Shown piece by piece: positions 1-9,746 of a stretch of 64,000 nucleotides of DNA. The stretch is taken from positions 32,001-96,000 of IMG/VR virus record IMGVR_UViG_3300025530_000275. The stretch is one strand, 5' to 3'. Within the stretch, counting starts at the first letter, position 1; the number at the start of each line of letters is the position of its first letter. Under the pieces are notes generated by a model, which was not told where the DNA came from, did no database searches, and saw nothing but the letters and a program-made list of their open reading frames with translations. The DNA comes from a virus. The translations under genes were made by a program, and so were the position numbers.

Positions 1-2066
1 AGCCTTTCATTATAAATTTCTTCAAATCGTGAACGTACTTCTTCACGGGTCTTTTCCAATAAAAAGGTTTCAGGGTTTTTTATTTTAACATATAAATCTT
101 TAACCGTTTTATTAGGTAAAGATAATTCCTGTTTAGTTTTTCTATAGATGATTCGACCAAAACGTTCCTTAATAATATCCATAGCCATAGTTGATTCAAG
201 ATTAAAACATTTATTGTATATAGATGCAACTTCTTCAGTGAACAATGGATCGATAAGTCGTAACATTGGGCTAATTTCATTGGGAGTAGCTTTAATTGGC
301 GTGCCTGACATGACTAAAATACTATCAGGATTCATTTTTTCTTTCAGTGTGATAAGGTCATTTACTCTTGAACCATCAATATTTCTAAAATTGTGTGATT
401 CATCAATTATAAGCATATTCTTACCATTTTTAATGAAAGGATACATTTTAGGAATAGATTCATTATTTATTATGAAAAATCTTGCTTGAGATGAAGAATC
501 TTTATCTTTACATAATACAACTTCTTTTCTCCATAAAGCTTCATCTTCATTATATTTATCATAATATTTTCTAATTTCCAACATCCAGTTTTCTTGAACC
601 GAATTTGGGCAGACGATGTAAATATTATCTACACCCAAACATTCAGCAAGACCTATGGAAGTTAATGTTTTACCCATACCTTGCTCAAAAGTGAGAATAT
701 AACCATTGAGATTTAGATAACTCTTTAGTTTATTGTAATTCCTTATGAATTCTTTCTGATAATCATTTAATGTGAGCGAAAGATTTTTTAAATTATCAAG
801 AGGTATGAAATCAACAGATCTAGAATCACATTTGGACAACCAAGTCTTTTCATATATTTGCTTAGAAATTCTACCATAAGCAGGTTCTCTAAATTTTTTG
901 TATAACTGATCAAAAATTGATACCAATTCTAGTGCAAAAAATAGTGGAGTTTTAATATATGTGATTCTCATTTTATTTCTTGAAATTTTCTTTTTATTAA
1001 ATTTCTTTAGATCTTTTTCATCATATTCTTTTAAGAATATATTCCACAAGTTACTTTCATTATAAAGGTTTTTAATTCTAAACATTAAACGTTTATAATT
1101 TATTCCTCTTATATAGATATATTTATCATCAACGATTACATTATGAAAAGGAGAAATAATTTTTCCAATAAAACTTCTATTATTGAAAAGCTTTTTCTTC
1201 CATGAACTAAATTCATAAGAATCACTTTTAGACGATGCTTCTAATAAAAATTGAGGTGTTTCAATTGATTCTTTTCTATCAAGTATTGTATTAATAGATT
1301 CGCCAATTACAACCAGACGTTCTTTAGTTTCAAAACTATTATTTTCAATTAATTTAAACATTGTTTTCAATAAGGGGCCAAATTTATTATCTACTACTTT
1401 TATATAATTATGAGTAGTATTTTTCTTAATTGCATCTTCCTTAGCTTTATCTTTTTTTACATCAATTGCCTGGATTTTATGATGGAGATTTGGATTATCT
1501 CCGCCATGTTTAACTTCAATAATTAAATCAAGTATATCTATATAAAAATCAGGAGTATAAGCATGTGTTTCCCCATCATATTCATAATATATCGTAAATG
1601 GACAAGGGGCATGTATATATTTCGGATTTATATCAAGAATATTGTCTAAGAAGCTAAGAAGTCTTTTTTCATAAGATCCCACATATGGAATTTTTGTTCT
1701 TCCGTCAGACCATAAATATTCTCCGGAGATTTTTCTTCTTGAAAGCATATACATTTGATGATCTTGATTGTTTAGAAGATGTGGGACTCCATATTTTTTA
1801 ATATTCCTAGACTGAGCAATTTCGGCAAAAGTTTGTTTACATTTTGGATTATCACAAAATATTGCAGGTCTTCCTATTTTCTCATCAAATTTTGTATCAT
1901 CACCACAAATTCTACAACTTCCTGTAGTTCTACCTCCATGGATATGTGCAAATAAAAATTTTGCAGGACTCATATTTTCAGGGAGTTGTCTAGAATGTCT
2001 TACAGAAATGTGATGAACCATATCTTTTTTATATTGATACCTTTTTCCACAAAATGGACATTTCAC
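1..2066 (-). CDS. C2H2 zinc finger + PD-(D/E)xK (TnsA-like) nuclease fused to SNF2-family helicase (3' end runs off the window)
   Basis: Absent from ORF track; translated by hand from GTG at 2066 (RBS GAGAGGG, in-frame TGA just upstream), open to position 1. KCPFCGKRYQYKKDMVHHISVRH, CRIC...CDNPKC, YTPDFYIDILDLIIEVK, then FEQGMGKT, IVCPNS, IIDESH, MSGTP. Confidence 0.85.
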   Translation of the reverse strand, partial: MKCPFCGKRYQYKKDMVHHISVRHSRQLPENMSPAKFLFAHIHGGRTTGSCRICGDDTKFDEKIGRPAIFCDNPKCKQTFAEIAQSRNIKKYGVPHLLNNQDHQMYMLSRRKISGEYLWSDGRTKIPYVGSYEKRLLSFLDNILDINPKYIHAPCPFTIYYEYDGETHAYTPDFYIDILDLIIEVKHGGDNPNLHHKIQAIDVKKDKAKEDAIKKNTTHNYIKVVDNKFGPLLKTMFKLIENNSFETKERLVVIGESINTILDRKESIETPQFLLEASSKSDSYEFSSWKKKLFNNRSFIGKIISPFHNVIVDDKYIYIRGINYKRLMFRIKNLYNESNLWNIFLKEYDEKDLKKFNKKKISRNKMRITYIKTPLFFALELVSIFDQLYKKFREPAYGRISKQIYEKTWLSKCDSRSVDFIPLDNLKNLSLTLNDYQKEFIRNYNKLKSYLNLNGYILTFEQGMGKTLTSIGLAECLGVDNIYIVCPNSVQENWMLEIRKYYDKYNEDEALWRKEVVLCKDKDSSSQARFFIINNESIPKMYPFIKNGKNMLIIDESHNFRNIDGSRVNDLITLKEKMNPDSILVMSGTPIKATPNEISPMLRLIDPLFTEEVASIYNKCFNLESTMAMDIIKERFGRIIYRKTKQELSLPNKTVKDLYVKIKNPETFLLEKTREEVRSRFEEIYNER

Positions 2067-2095
2067 ATACTTTCACCCTCTCATTACTATTACTT

Positions 2096-2107
2096 TAATT
2101 GGCTGTT
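2096..2107 (-). promoter_or_regulatory. late-type promoter AACA-N6-TA
   Basis: AACAGCCAATTA, 30 nt upstream of the nuclease-SNF2 gene; matches AR9 nvRNAP consensus. Confidence 0.65.
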
Positions 2108-2119
2108 TTTCATATAAAA

Positions 2120-2131
2120 AACACAAAAATA
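2120..2131 (+). promoter_or_regulatory. late-type promoter AACA-N6-TA
   Basis: AACACAAAAATA upstream of baseplate operon. Confidence 0.65.
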
Positions 2132-2172
2132 ACATATGATATTTAAAAATTGATAAAAGGAGGAGCTTTAAA

Positions 2173-2535
2173 ATGAAGGATGTGTCGTTCGAAATAGATG
2201 AATTTTCTAAAAATAAAATTTATGATGGAGCCCATGCTCTAGCAATGCAACTATATGTATTACTTATTATGAAACCAGGAGATCATCCTGATGACCTTGA
2301 GAAAGGAATAGATATATTTAAATACAGAGTCGATTTTTCTGAAGAAACGGCAAGTGAATTAGAAATGGTAATAAATAGGCAAGTCGAAGAATACTGCGAT
2401 TTTTCGATAAATGATATGATCATTGAGTATGTGGACGGGGAATTATATATTGGAATCCAATCCCCGAGTTTTCAGGAAATTGTTTTATTTAATACAGATG
2501 GTGATGAAGTCCTTGTCACGCTTTCTGAAGAGTAA
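2173..2535 (+). CDS. gp25-like baseplate wedge subunit
   Basis: 120 aa, acidic, LLIMKPGDHPDDLEKGIDI resembles the gp25 LxTxxGExPxxPxxG motif; strong RBS AGGAGGAG. Confidence 0.6.
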   Translation: MKDVSFEIDEFSKNKIYDGAHALAMQLYVLLIMKPGDHPDDLEKGIDIFKYRVDFSEETASELEMVINRQVEEYCDFSINDMIIEYVDGELYIGIQSPSFQEIVLFNTDGDEVLVTLSEE

Positions 2536-2601
2536 TATTGAAAATAATTATAGAAACATTGTAAAAACTACCATTACTTTTACAGTAAAGGAGAATTAGC
2601 T

Positions 2602-4293
2602 ATGAGCGAGAATGTAAAGGCTACCGAATCAAATGGTGCCCAGCAAGCATCATCTCCCCTTAGAGAAAAAATGTCCGAGCTGCTGGCTCAAAAGAGAGTT
2701 ACTACTAACAATACTACTCCTACATCTCAACTTGAAAGTATGGCCAATTCTGTTACTGATCAACAGGATTCTGCCCCTCAGGATCAGCAGGCCACTGCTG
2801 GAACTCCTAATATTAATGAGGCTCTTAATGATTTGATGGAAACTCAATGGTTCAAAGATCTTCCTAAAGAACATAAAGAATTTATTATGAATGGTGGAAA
2901 TCCTGATAAGCTTATGGATGACCTGGATAAGGCTGTTATTGAACAGCAGTTGGACGCCGTTCGAGAAATCAATCGTGTTCGCCGCGAAGTTGAAGGCAAA
3001 GAGGAAATCACTATGGAAGAGTACAGAAGCGGCGAATTCCTCGAAGAACGCGATGAAGAAAATAAGGATGAAGAAAACGAATTCATCAAAATGATGAAGG
3101 AGCTTGACGGTGGAGAAGATGATGGTGACGAAGAAGAGGCCCAAGAACGCTTCTTTAAAGAACTTGAACGTCGCTTTGAAAATTCCATTGATGTTGAGCT
3201 CACTGGTGCTACTAAAGAATATGACAGATCGTCAGCGGCTCTCCGTGTAGATATCAAGAGAAATAAATCATATGAAAAATCTATTAAAAATATTCTTGAA
3301 GCTAACGATATCAAAATTAAAACCACTAAAAAGGGTAATATCAAGAGGGCTGTACTTAAATCATATACACAGCGTCATGATCATGTGACTACACCTCTTG
3401 TAAATTCTGGGTTTCATATCACACTTTCTGGTGCATCCATTCCGGAAATCATTGCTATTGCTAGTATTGAAAATCCGAAATCTCTCTTGGAGCTCGAAAC
3501 TAAGAAACTCAGTGTGATCAAGAAACATCTTGTAGACACATCATTTGGAAATGTACCGTCTCTATATGATCTTATGAAAGTAATACACTACAAAGATGAG
3601 CAAACTTTATACTACAACCTATTCATTGCAACCTTCCCTGAAGAGAATGACTATCCGTTCACGTGTACGAATGAAAAATGTGGTGCTGAATTGAATCTGA
3701 AGATCCATGGTGCCGATTTGGTACTCAACCCTGAAGAATTCAAAGAAGATCATGATATTATTCTCTATAAAAATATGGATATTAAAGACGTCATCAAACA
3801 TACAAAATTATCTAAAATCAAGCAAATTATTCTCAGTGATGGTACAGTGGTTGGAATTAGAATCCCTTCACTGTATGATCGCCTCATGACTATGAGTAAG
3901 ATTGAAGCATGGGTAAATAAATATAATAAAGATACTACTAACCTTAACGTAGTATTTGGATATCTGATGTTCGTTGAATATATTGCACTCCTCACAGAAG
4001 ATGGGGAACATGTAAGATTTGATTCCATCGACGATCTCATTGAAATCTTGATCTCCATGGATTCTGAAGCTCATAACGAGATTGATATGGAGATAGAAAA
4101 GTATGACGACAGTAAAGAGATCGAATATGGAATTAAGTCGTTTGTCTGTCCGTCCTGTAAACGTGTTCATAAACAACAGCGTCAGAAGATGGATGATTTG
4201 CTTTTTACTTTATCCCAGGTAAGGGGGATGAGGAACACATTGGAGCGTCGGAAGAACAGAGAAAAGCTGAAATCCTTAAACGAAGAGAAGTAG
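2602..4293 (+). CDS. baseplate hub / tail assembly chaperone (T4 gp26/gp51-like) with acidic N-terminal extension
   Basis: Two Cys pairs (CTNEKC, CPSC) in C-terminal domain; follows gp25-like gene; RBS AAGGAG. Confidence 0.55.
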   Translation: MSENVKATESNGAQQASSPLREKMSELLAQKRVTTNNTTPTSQLESMANSVTDQQDSAPQDQQATAGTPNINEALNDLMETQWFKDLPKEHKEFIMNGGNPDKLMDDLDKAVIEQQLDAVREINRVRREVEGKEEITMEEYRSGEFLEERDEENKDEENEFIKMMKELDGGEDDGDEEEAQERFFKELERRFENSIDVELTGATKEYDRSSAALRVDIKRNKSYEKSIKNILEANDIKIKTTKKGNIKRAVLKSYTQRHDHVTTPLVNSGFHITLSGASIPEIIAIASIENPKSLLELETKKLSVIKKHLVDTSFGNVPSLYDLMKVIHYKDEQTLYYNLFIATFPEENDYPFTCTNEKCGAELNLKIHGADLVLNPEEFKEDHDIILYKNMDIKDVIKHTKLSKIKQIILSDGTVVGIRIPSLYDRLMTMSKIEAWVNKYNKDTTNLNVVFGYLMFVEYIALLTEDGEHVRFDSIDDLIEILISMDSEAHNEIDMEIEKYDDSKEIEYGIKSFVCPSCKRVHKQQRQKMDDLLFTLSQVRGMRNTLERRKNREKLKSLNEEK

Positions 4294-4304
4294 CACAGAG
4301 AAGG

Positions 4305-4517
4305 GTGGAGGAATATCGTAAGCTTCTTGATTTTGCTTACGATTTCCTTTCCCCTATCATGTCTGAAGAACGTATAAGAAATATGCCTTTAAGACAATTA
4401 CTTATAGAGCTCGAAAGAAGACGTCTATTCGTTGAACAAAATAGAAGGGAAATGGAACGAAGACAACTGGAAGAGCAATTAAAAGAACAAAGACGCTCTA
4501 ACCAGAATAGAAAATAA
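4305..4517 (+). CDS. small protein, probable -1 frameshift extension (GT-like) of upstream chaperone
   Basis: Frame is open from 4197, overlapping upstream gene in -1 frame; SEERIRNMPLRQLL resembles chaperone T-segments. Confidence 0.5.
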   Translation: MEEYRKLLDFAYDFLSPIMSEERIRNMPLRQLLIELERRRLFVEQNRREMERRQLEEQLKEQRRSNQNRK

Positions 4518-4534
4518 AGAAGGGAGGAGCGTAG

Positions 4535-4894
4535 ATGACTGAGGTTCGTGACGTAACACGAGTAGACATGTTATTGGAAATGATAAAGAAAAATAATTCA
4601 TATAGTGAAGAAATATTTGATATATTAGTGCCTAAATACTACTCTGAGTGTTATTCTTTATATAATATATTGGATCGGGCCGGAATACTGGATAAATGTA
4701 AGTTTAAAAACCCTGAAGTGTTCAATGATATACTCAGCTTTCCTATTAACCTTCCTTCAAAGTCTACTAAAAAAATAATGGAATACCTGGAATCGAAAAA
4801 ATTCAGGGTAAAGTATCTTAAACATGAGGACTTTACCGTTGATATAGTTAAAACTTCAAATGGAATTTTAGTCACATTTACTCGAAATGAATAG
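4535..4894 (+). CDS. hypothetical protein
   Basis: 119 aa, RBS GGGAGGAG, followed by terminator. Confidence 0.75.
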   Translation: MTEVRDVTRVDMLLEMIKKNNSYSEEIFDILVPKYYSECYSLYNILDRAGILDKCKFKNPEVFNDILSFPINLPSKSTKKIMEYLESKKFRVKYLKHEDFTVDIVKTSNGILVTFTRNE

Positions 4895-4896
4895 AA

Positions 4897-4931
4897 GAAG
4901 GAGTATGGGGTTTCCATACTCCTTCGTTTTT
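4897..4931 (+). terminator. rho-independent terminator
   Basis: GAAGGAGTATGG/CCATACTCCTTC stem followed by T run. Confidence 0.8.
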
Positions 4932-4939
4932 ATTTCCAA

Positions 4940-4951
4940 AACACACAGATA
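4940..4951 (+). promoter_or_regulatory. late-type promoter AACA-N6-TA
   Basis: AACACACAGATA upstream of RNAP subunit. Confidence 0.65.
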
Positions 4952-4969
4952 ATCAATGATTATTTAAGG

Positions 4970-6565
4970 ATGGTGTTCATAATGAAGCTCCACAAAGCTG
5001 ATATTGATAGAATAGTTCAGCTAAATGGTCTGCGACCTGTTAGCGGACCTGTTCCTATTGATAAGGGTTTGCCCACAGATGATTCTGTTTTTTCCTATAG
5101 CATTTTTGGACAGACTTCTTATGAAAGACAGAATATACCCGCATATATAGATCTTAAAGGACAGTATTTACATCCCTTGACTTACCATAACCTTAGGCTG
5201 ATAGATCGAAATTTTGAATCCTGTATCTCAGGAACACAGAATTTTTCTATAAAGGATGGAAAATTAACTCCCGATCCGGATGGTGAATCTGGGCTAGATT
5301 TTCTTTATAAGAATTGGGATAAATTAAAGTTTGAAGAACGTAAATCTGTTCTTTCTAATGAAAGAATAAAAAATGTTAAAGATAAATCTAAAGCATGGGT
5401 AACTAAATGGATTATCCTTCCTGCATTCTATAGAGATGTTAACTATAATGAGGAAGGGCGTCCGGCATATGATGAATTGAATGACTTGTATCTGTATATT
5501 ATAAGAATGGTAGAAAGTGTGGCTCAACAGGAGCAATATGGCCTAGTCTCAAATATCACTAAAGCAAGAATACAATTAGCATTGGTTGATATTCATGATA
5601 GAATTACTCATATGCATCTAAGAGAAAAGAGAGGCACATTTAAAAAATATGTATTAGGTAAAAATACAGATTTTGGTGCAAGGCTGGTAATATCGGCACC
5701 AATTGTTTCTGGCGACACATACGATCAGGTACAAGTAAGATTTGGTCGCATAGGAGTACCTCTTTCAAGTGTGTGTGCAATATTTATGCCTTTTGTGATT
5801 CATGGAGTTAGAGAGTTCCTACAGAATGAATTTCAGTTATCTGGTAAATATCCATATAAAAACGAAAAAGGGGAAATTGAGTATTTAACCTTAACAAATC
5901 CCGAATATTATACCTCCGAAGAATATATTATAAAAATGATAAAACGGTTTATTTATGGAACATCTACAAGGTTTAGACCTATTGAACTTCCTGAAAACGA
6001 AGAGGGTAAAAAAGGATATTTATATTTAACAGGCAAATTTGGTAAGGATCAAACTACAGTTTCTAATAGACCAATGACGTGGACCGATCTTTTATTCATA
6101 GTATGTAGCGACAAATTGGCTGATAAGCATGTTTACTTTACTCGATACCCAATTGAGGATAGTTTTGGTATAAATCCTTCTAAATTTACTATTCTCACTA
6201 CAAAGAAAACAATGCCTGCTCTTATTGGTGATAAATACTATCAATTTTATCCGATAGTAAATGTGGGAGAGGATAGTAGTATTGCATTTATTGACACTCT
6301 CCATGTTCATAATAGCTATCTTCCGGGGCTCGGTGGAGACTATGACGGAGATATGCTTACTCTTACTGGCGTATTTAGCGAAGAGGCCAATCAAGATGCG
6401 GAAAGATATATGCAAGACAAAAAATATATTATGACTTTGGTTGGAGAAAATATCAGAATTATTCAAAGGGACTTTGTTCAAACCTTATATCAATTTACCA
6501 AACAGCCAAAATCGGGGGATGGCATTCCTGAATTCAAAAATCTTTCAAGAGTTGCGAAATTTTAA
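4970..6565 (+). CDS. phage RNA polymerase beta' N-terminal subunit (probably virion RNAP)
   Basis: VFSYSIFG, YIDL..YLHP, ILPAFYRD, LGKNTDFGARLVI, RYP, catalytic GGDYDGD; late promoter and no N-terminal Zn motif suggest virion enzyme. Confidence 0.88.
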   Translation: MVFIMKLHKADIDRIVQLNGLRPVSGPVPIDKGLPTDDSVFSYSIFGQTSYERQNIPAYIDLKGQYLHPLTYHNLRLIDRNFESCISGTQNFSIKDGKLTPDPDGESGLDFLYKNWDKLKFEERKSVLSNERIKNVKDKSKAWVTKWIILPAFYRDVNYNEEGRPAYDELNDLYLYIIRMVESVAQQEQYGLVSNITKARIQLALVDIHDRITHMHLREKRGTFKKYVLGKNTDFGARLVISAPIVSGDTYDQVQVRFGRIGVPLSSVCAIFMPFVIHGVREFLQNEFQLSGKYPYKNEKGEIEYLTLTNPEYYTSEEYIIKMIKRFIYGTSTRFRPIELPENEEGKKGYLYLTGKFGKDQTTVSNRPMTWTDLLFIVCSDKLADKHVYFTRYPIEDSFGINPSKFTILTTKKTMPALIGDKYYQFYPIVNVGEDSSIAFIDTLHVHNSYLPGLGGDYDGDMLTLTGVFSEEANQDAERYMQDKKYIMTLVGENIRIIQRDFVQTLYQFTKQPKSGDGIPEFKNLSRVAKF

Positions 6566-6572
6566 TATAAAA

Positions 6573-6597
6573 GTGGTAGAGGAAGATCCTCTACCAC
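6573..6597. terminator. terminator between convergent genes
   Basis: GTGGTAGAGG/CCTCTACCAC stem. Confidence 0.7.
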
Positions 6598-6606
6598 ATA
6601 ATTTAT

Positions 6607-7143
6607 TTATTCTGGCTGATTGTAGCAGGTTGATAAGAAATCCTTCATATGATTGACTACCACATTAAATAAATATTCATTAGATGATAATTGTATAACT
6701 TTAGAATTTCCGGAATCGACTATTAAATCATCTATAAATTCGTCCCATTTTTCATTCATAAGATCTATAAACGGTTTTGGACTTCCCCTTGTTTTAAATC
6801 TTTCAATATATTCTACCTTCAAGAATTTTTTGGGATATACTAACACATATTTTATTCCTGAATCCTTTAGAGCATCTCTCACTTCTTTATGCGTGGAGAC
6901 AAATATAATATCTGCCTTACCAATATTGTCTTTAATAAATTTAATATAGTTATTAGGAAAATCCGGATTTCGCTCGCCTGGTCGAGACCATGAGAATTTA
7001 GATGAATCTGCGTCAATCACAATTGGAAGTCTCTGTCTATCATCTGGATCTACAAAATTACTATTCATTGTATTTTGTATCATATTGAAGAAAATAGTCT
7101 TGCCAACACCAGGGAATGCTGAAATTATAACAGTTTTCCTCAT
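6607..7143 (-). CDS. P-loop NTPase, nucleoside/nucleotide kinase-like
   Basis: ISAFPGVGKT Walker A, DADSSKFSW, FPNNYI. Confidence 0.65.
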   Translation of the reverse strand: MRKTVIISAFPGVGKTIFFNMIQNTMNSNFVDPDDRQRLPIVIDADSSKFSWSRPGERNPDFPNNYIKFIKDNIGKADIIFVSTHKEVRDALKDSGIKYVLVYPKKFLKVEYIERFKTRGSPKPFIDLMNEKWDEFIDDLIVDSGNSKVIQLSSNEYLFNVVVNHMKDFLSTCYNQPE

Positions 7144-7251
7144 ATTTCATCCTTCCCTATATAAAATACTTTTACTTATTTTAATGTCAGACTTTTATGT
7201 AATCAAAAAAAAATAATAATGGACGGGGTATTTCCCCGTCCAATGTTGACA

Positions 7252-7485
7252 TCACAAAACCTTCACATTCAATACGTATAGTTCAATATCCTGAGGAATG
7301 AAGATAACCTCGCCAGTTCCCAATTTTTTCCAAAATGTTTCAGCAATAACATCAACAAATTCAGGCATTGACGAATAATGCTCAGGAACTTTAATGATTA
7401 GATTGCTACCTTCTTTCAATTCAATAGTTTTTTCATTGACTACATTTCCATCAATATCAACTATTTGCAAGTTGGCAGTTTTCAT
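7252..7485 (-). CDS. hypothetical protein
   Basis: 77 aa with RBS AAGGAGGG; terminator hairpin at 7220-7242 downstream. Confidence 0.7.
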   Translation of the reverse strand: MKTANLQIVDIDGNVVNEKTIELKEGSNLIIKVPEHYSSMPEFVDVIAETFWKKLGTGEVIFIPQDIELYVLNVKVL

Positions 7486-7504
7486 CTATCGTCCCTCCTT
7501 AAAT

Positions 7505-9013
7505 TTATATCGCACTTAACGCGTAAAGTTCAGACAGTACAATCGCATAGTCTTTAATAAACGACATGCGTGTACTATATTTGCCATTTGTTCTAGAGAT
7601 ATAATTATATCTTGGGCTGAGAGTATATTCAAATGTCTTAATGAGTCTCCAATCTTTGAGAGGGATATAAGCAAGAGAATCACCATCATAATCTCCAGCA
7701 AATCCATCTAAAAGACTTGGACTTAGACTAAGAGTCAAATCATCTATATCGTCTTTGACCTTTCTTACTCGAAGTAATCTAAAAGATCTATCGGAGATTG
7801 ACGGCTGTCTATTTACCAGCACACTTATAGGAGTTTTACTTCTATCCACAATATTCTGAGCCAAAGCATGTATTTTTGGATTGAATTCTCTTAATGCTCT
7901 ATTCAGAATTGTGTATGCTTCGTTTTCAGTTATATTGTCGAGTCTTCTTAGAAGATATAGAATTTCTAATTCCAGAAATGTTATTGCTGTTACGTATGGA
8001 ATATCAACCTCATCCGGCTTAAGATCTTTTCCGTTCACGATAACAGATCTTGCACCATAGTCAATTCTTACTCCCCCAAATTGGGATCTAAACAATCCTT
8101 CTTTCCCAGCATAGGAGTCCACGATGAACTCATATAGCTCCATATATTCATACTGGATCTCAAAGAGTGCTGGAAGAATTGTCAACATATTACCCACATC
8201 AAGGGAGATCAATTCATATTGTTTCATTATAGTATCATAGTGTGTATTTGCTTTAAATGAACGAATTTTCTCATCAGATTTTATCAGCGGTCTCAATATC
8301 GCACTATATACAGGAATATAAGACGTGAAAATACAATCTTTATATTCCATTACCAACTCATAGATATCTTTCTTTTTTGGAAATTTCTTATAGTAAAACT
8401 CGATTATTTCATCGATCTTCTCCCTAAATTCCAGCATTCCAATATGTGCGTAAGGAGATTTAGGAGATCTTTCATAAATGATATTTCCATTAGAATCCAT
8501 TTTAGAGACATCAACTTTTAGAATATTTCTAATTTCATTTTTTCCAATGAGCATCTGAAGATGGATGAACAATGCTGGGTTAATAACACAATATTCGCCC
8601 AGAGGAATCCATCCCATTATAGTCAGGTCAGCATCAATGAACTCAACTGGTGTTCCGCATTTAGGACAAATTTCATCAATGAATATCGCACCAGCCAAAT
8701 TGCCACACTGGCATCTATACATATCTTTCGTCCCAAGCTGGTCATCGAATTGGGTATGACCAAACTTAGGAGAAAATATCCCATCGACAGTCTTTGTATT
8801 GTTTTTGCCGATAGAGACTGGGTTTGTAATGAGAAAATCTTTCCCCTTTTTCAGTCGCTCCTCGGCAATTTTATTCAGATTGAGTTTAACCAACCTTTCA
8901 GATTTAATTGCTTTTCCGTATTTTTCAAAATAGCGTTCGATTTTGGGGAGCTTGAATTGTTTTACGTCTCCAAGATCCAAAACATCCCCATTACTCATTA
9001 TTTCAATTCCCAA
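7505..9013 (-). CDS. phage RNA polymerase beta' N-terminal subunit (probably non-virion RNAP)
   Basis: DGIFSPKFG, CQCG...CPKCG zinc site, GWIPL, RIDYGARSVI, NRQPS, catalytic AGDYDGD; in early-promoter operon. Confidence 0.9.
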   Translation of the reverse strand: MGIEIMSNGDVLDLGDVKQFKLPKIERYFEKYGKAIKSERLVKLNLNKIAEERLKKGKDFLITNPVSIGKNNTKTVDGIFSPKFGHTQFDDQLGTKDMYRCQCGNLAGAIFIDEICPKCGTPVEFIDADLTIMGWIPLGEYCVINPALFIHLQMLIGKNEIRNILKVDVSKMDSNGNIIYERSPKSPYAHIGMLEFREKIDEIIEFYYKKFPKKKDIYELVMEYKDCIFTSYIPVYSAILRPLIKSDEKIRSFKANTHYDTIMKQYELISLDVGNMLTILPALFEIQYEYMELYEFIVDSYAGKEGLFRSQFGGVRIDYGARSVIVNGKDLKPDEVDIPYVTAITFLELEILYLLRRLDNITENEAYTILNRALREFNPKIHALAQNIVDRSKTPISVLVNRQPSISDRSFRLLRVRKVKDDIDDLTLSLSPSLLDGFAGDYDGDSLAYIPLKDWRLIKTFEYTLSPRYNYISRTNGKYSTRMSFIKDYAIVLSELYALSAI

Positions 9014-9051
9014 CTAGAAGTCTCCTCCTTATGTCTATTTTTTTTTACAGA

Positions 9052-9672
9052 TTATCTTCTGTAGCCGATGAAATCCATAAAGTTTTCGAGCAACACGTCG
9101 GAGAAAATATTGCCCAGTTTAGGGCTTACTGTAATATTAAGTTGGGCAATATATTTATTTCTATCTGCATAAGGGAGAATATTTTCAGCAAATTTTTTAG
9201 AAATCAATTCATATTCCCCTCTAAGTCTTTCATATTCAAACTCAGTTTTAGGCTGCTTTTTAGAGATATCCATTATGTCTTCAATAAAATCTTTTGAACA
9301 GATCAAATTATTGATTGTAGACAGGATAACCATAATAGCGGAATTCTGAAGACGCTTTCCATAATAGATTCTTTCAAAAATGGTGAAGTTACTATGGATG
9401 ATATTTTTGATAAATTTAGGGTAGATTACAACTTCAGTTACGTCAAATTTTCTAGATAACTTCAATTTGTATGGGCCGTTATCGACAGTCTTCTTGTCGA
9501 TGATAAATTTGTAGCCCCTAAAATATCTTTCTACCATAGTTTCAATTTGAGTAATAAGTTTTTTCATAACATTGACCTCCATTTTCCTTGATTGAAAGTT
9601 AGGTAAATAGTAAAAATAAAGAGACTTATTAGTAGGAATCTTTTTTAAAAGATTGATATTTAGTCTCACCAT
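9052..9672 (-). CDS. hypothetical protein (true start possibly ATG near 9567)
   Basis: ORF downstream of early promoter; GGAGG precedes internal MKKLITQ. Confidence 0.65.
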   Translation of the reverse strand: MVRLNINLLKKIPTNKSLYFYYLPNFQSRKMEVNVMKKLITQIETMVERYFRGYKFIIDKKTVDNGPYKLKLSRKFDVTEVVIYPKFIKNIIHSNFTIFERIYYGKRLQNSAIMVILSTINNLICSKDFIEDIMDISKKQPKTEFEYERLRGEYELISKKFAENILPYADRNKYIAQLNITVSPKLGNIFSDVLLENFMDFIGYRR

Positions 9673-9683
9673 AATAATATATA
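9673..9683 (-). promoter_or_regulatory. early-type promoter TATATATTATT
   Basis: Exact 11-mer, one of 11 intergenic minus-strand copies. Confidence 0.7.
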
Positions 9684-9746
9684 ATTCGTCGTTTAAGATA
9701 GGCTAAATAAATAATTCCCTAGTGGGACAGCCCACTAGGGATATGA

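Noticed and set aside
80-489. ORFs 80..280 (-) and 148..489 (+)
   Set aside because: Shadows of the long minus-strand SNF2 frame
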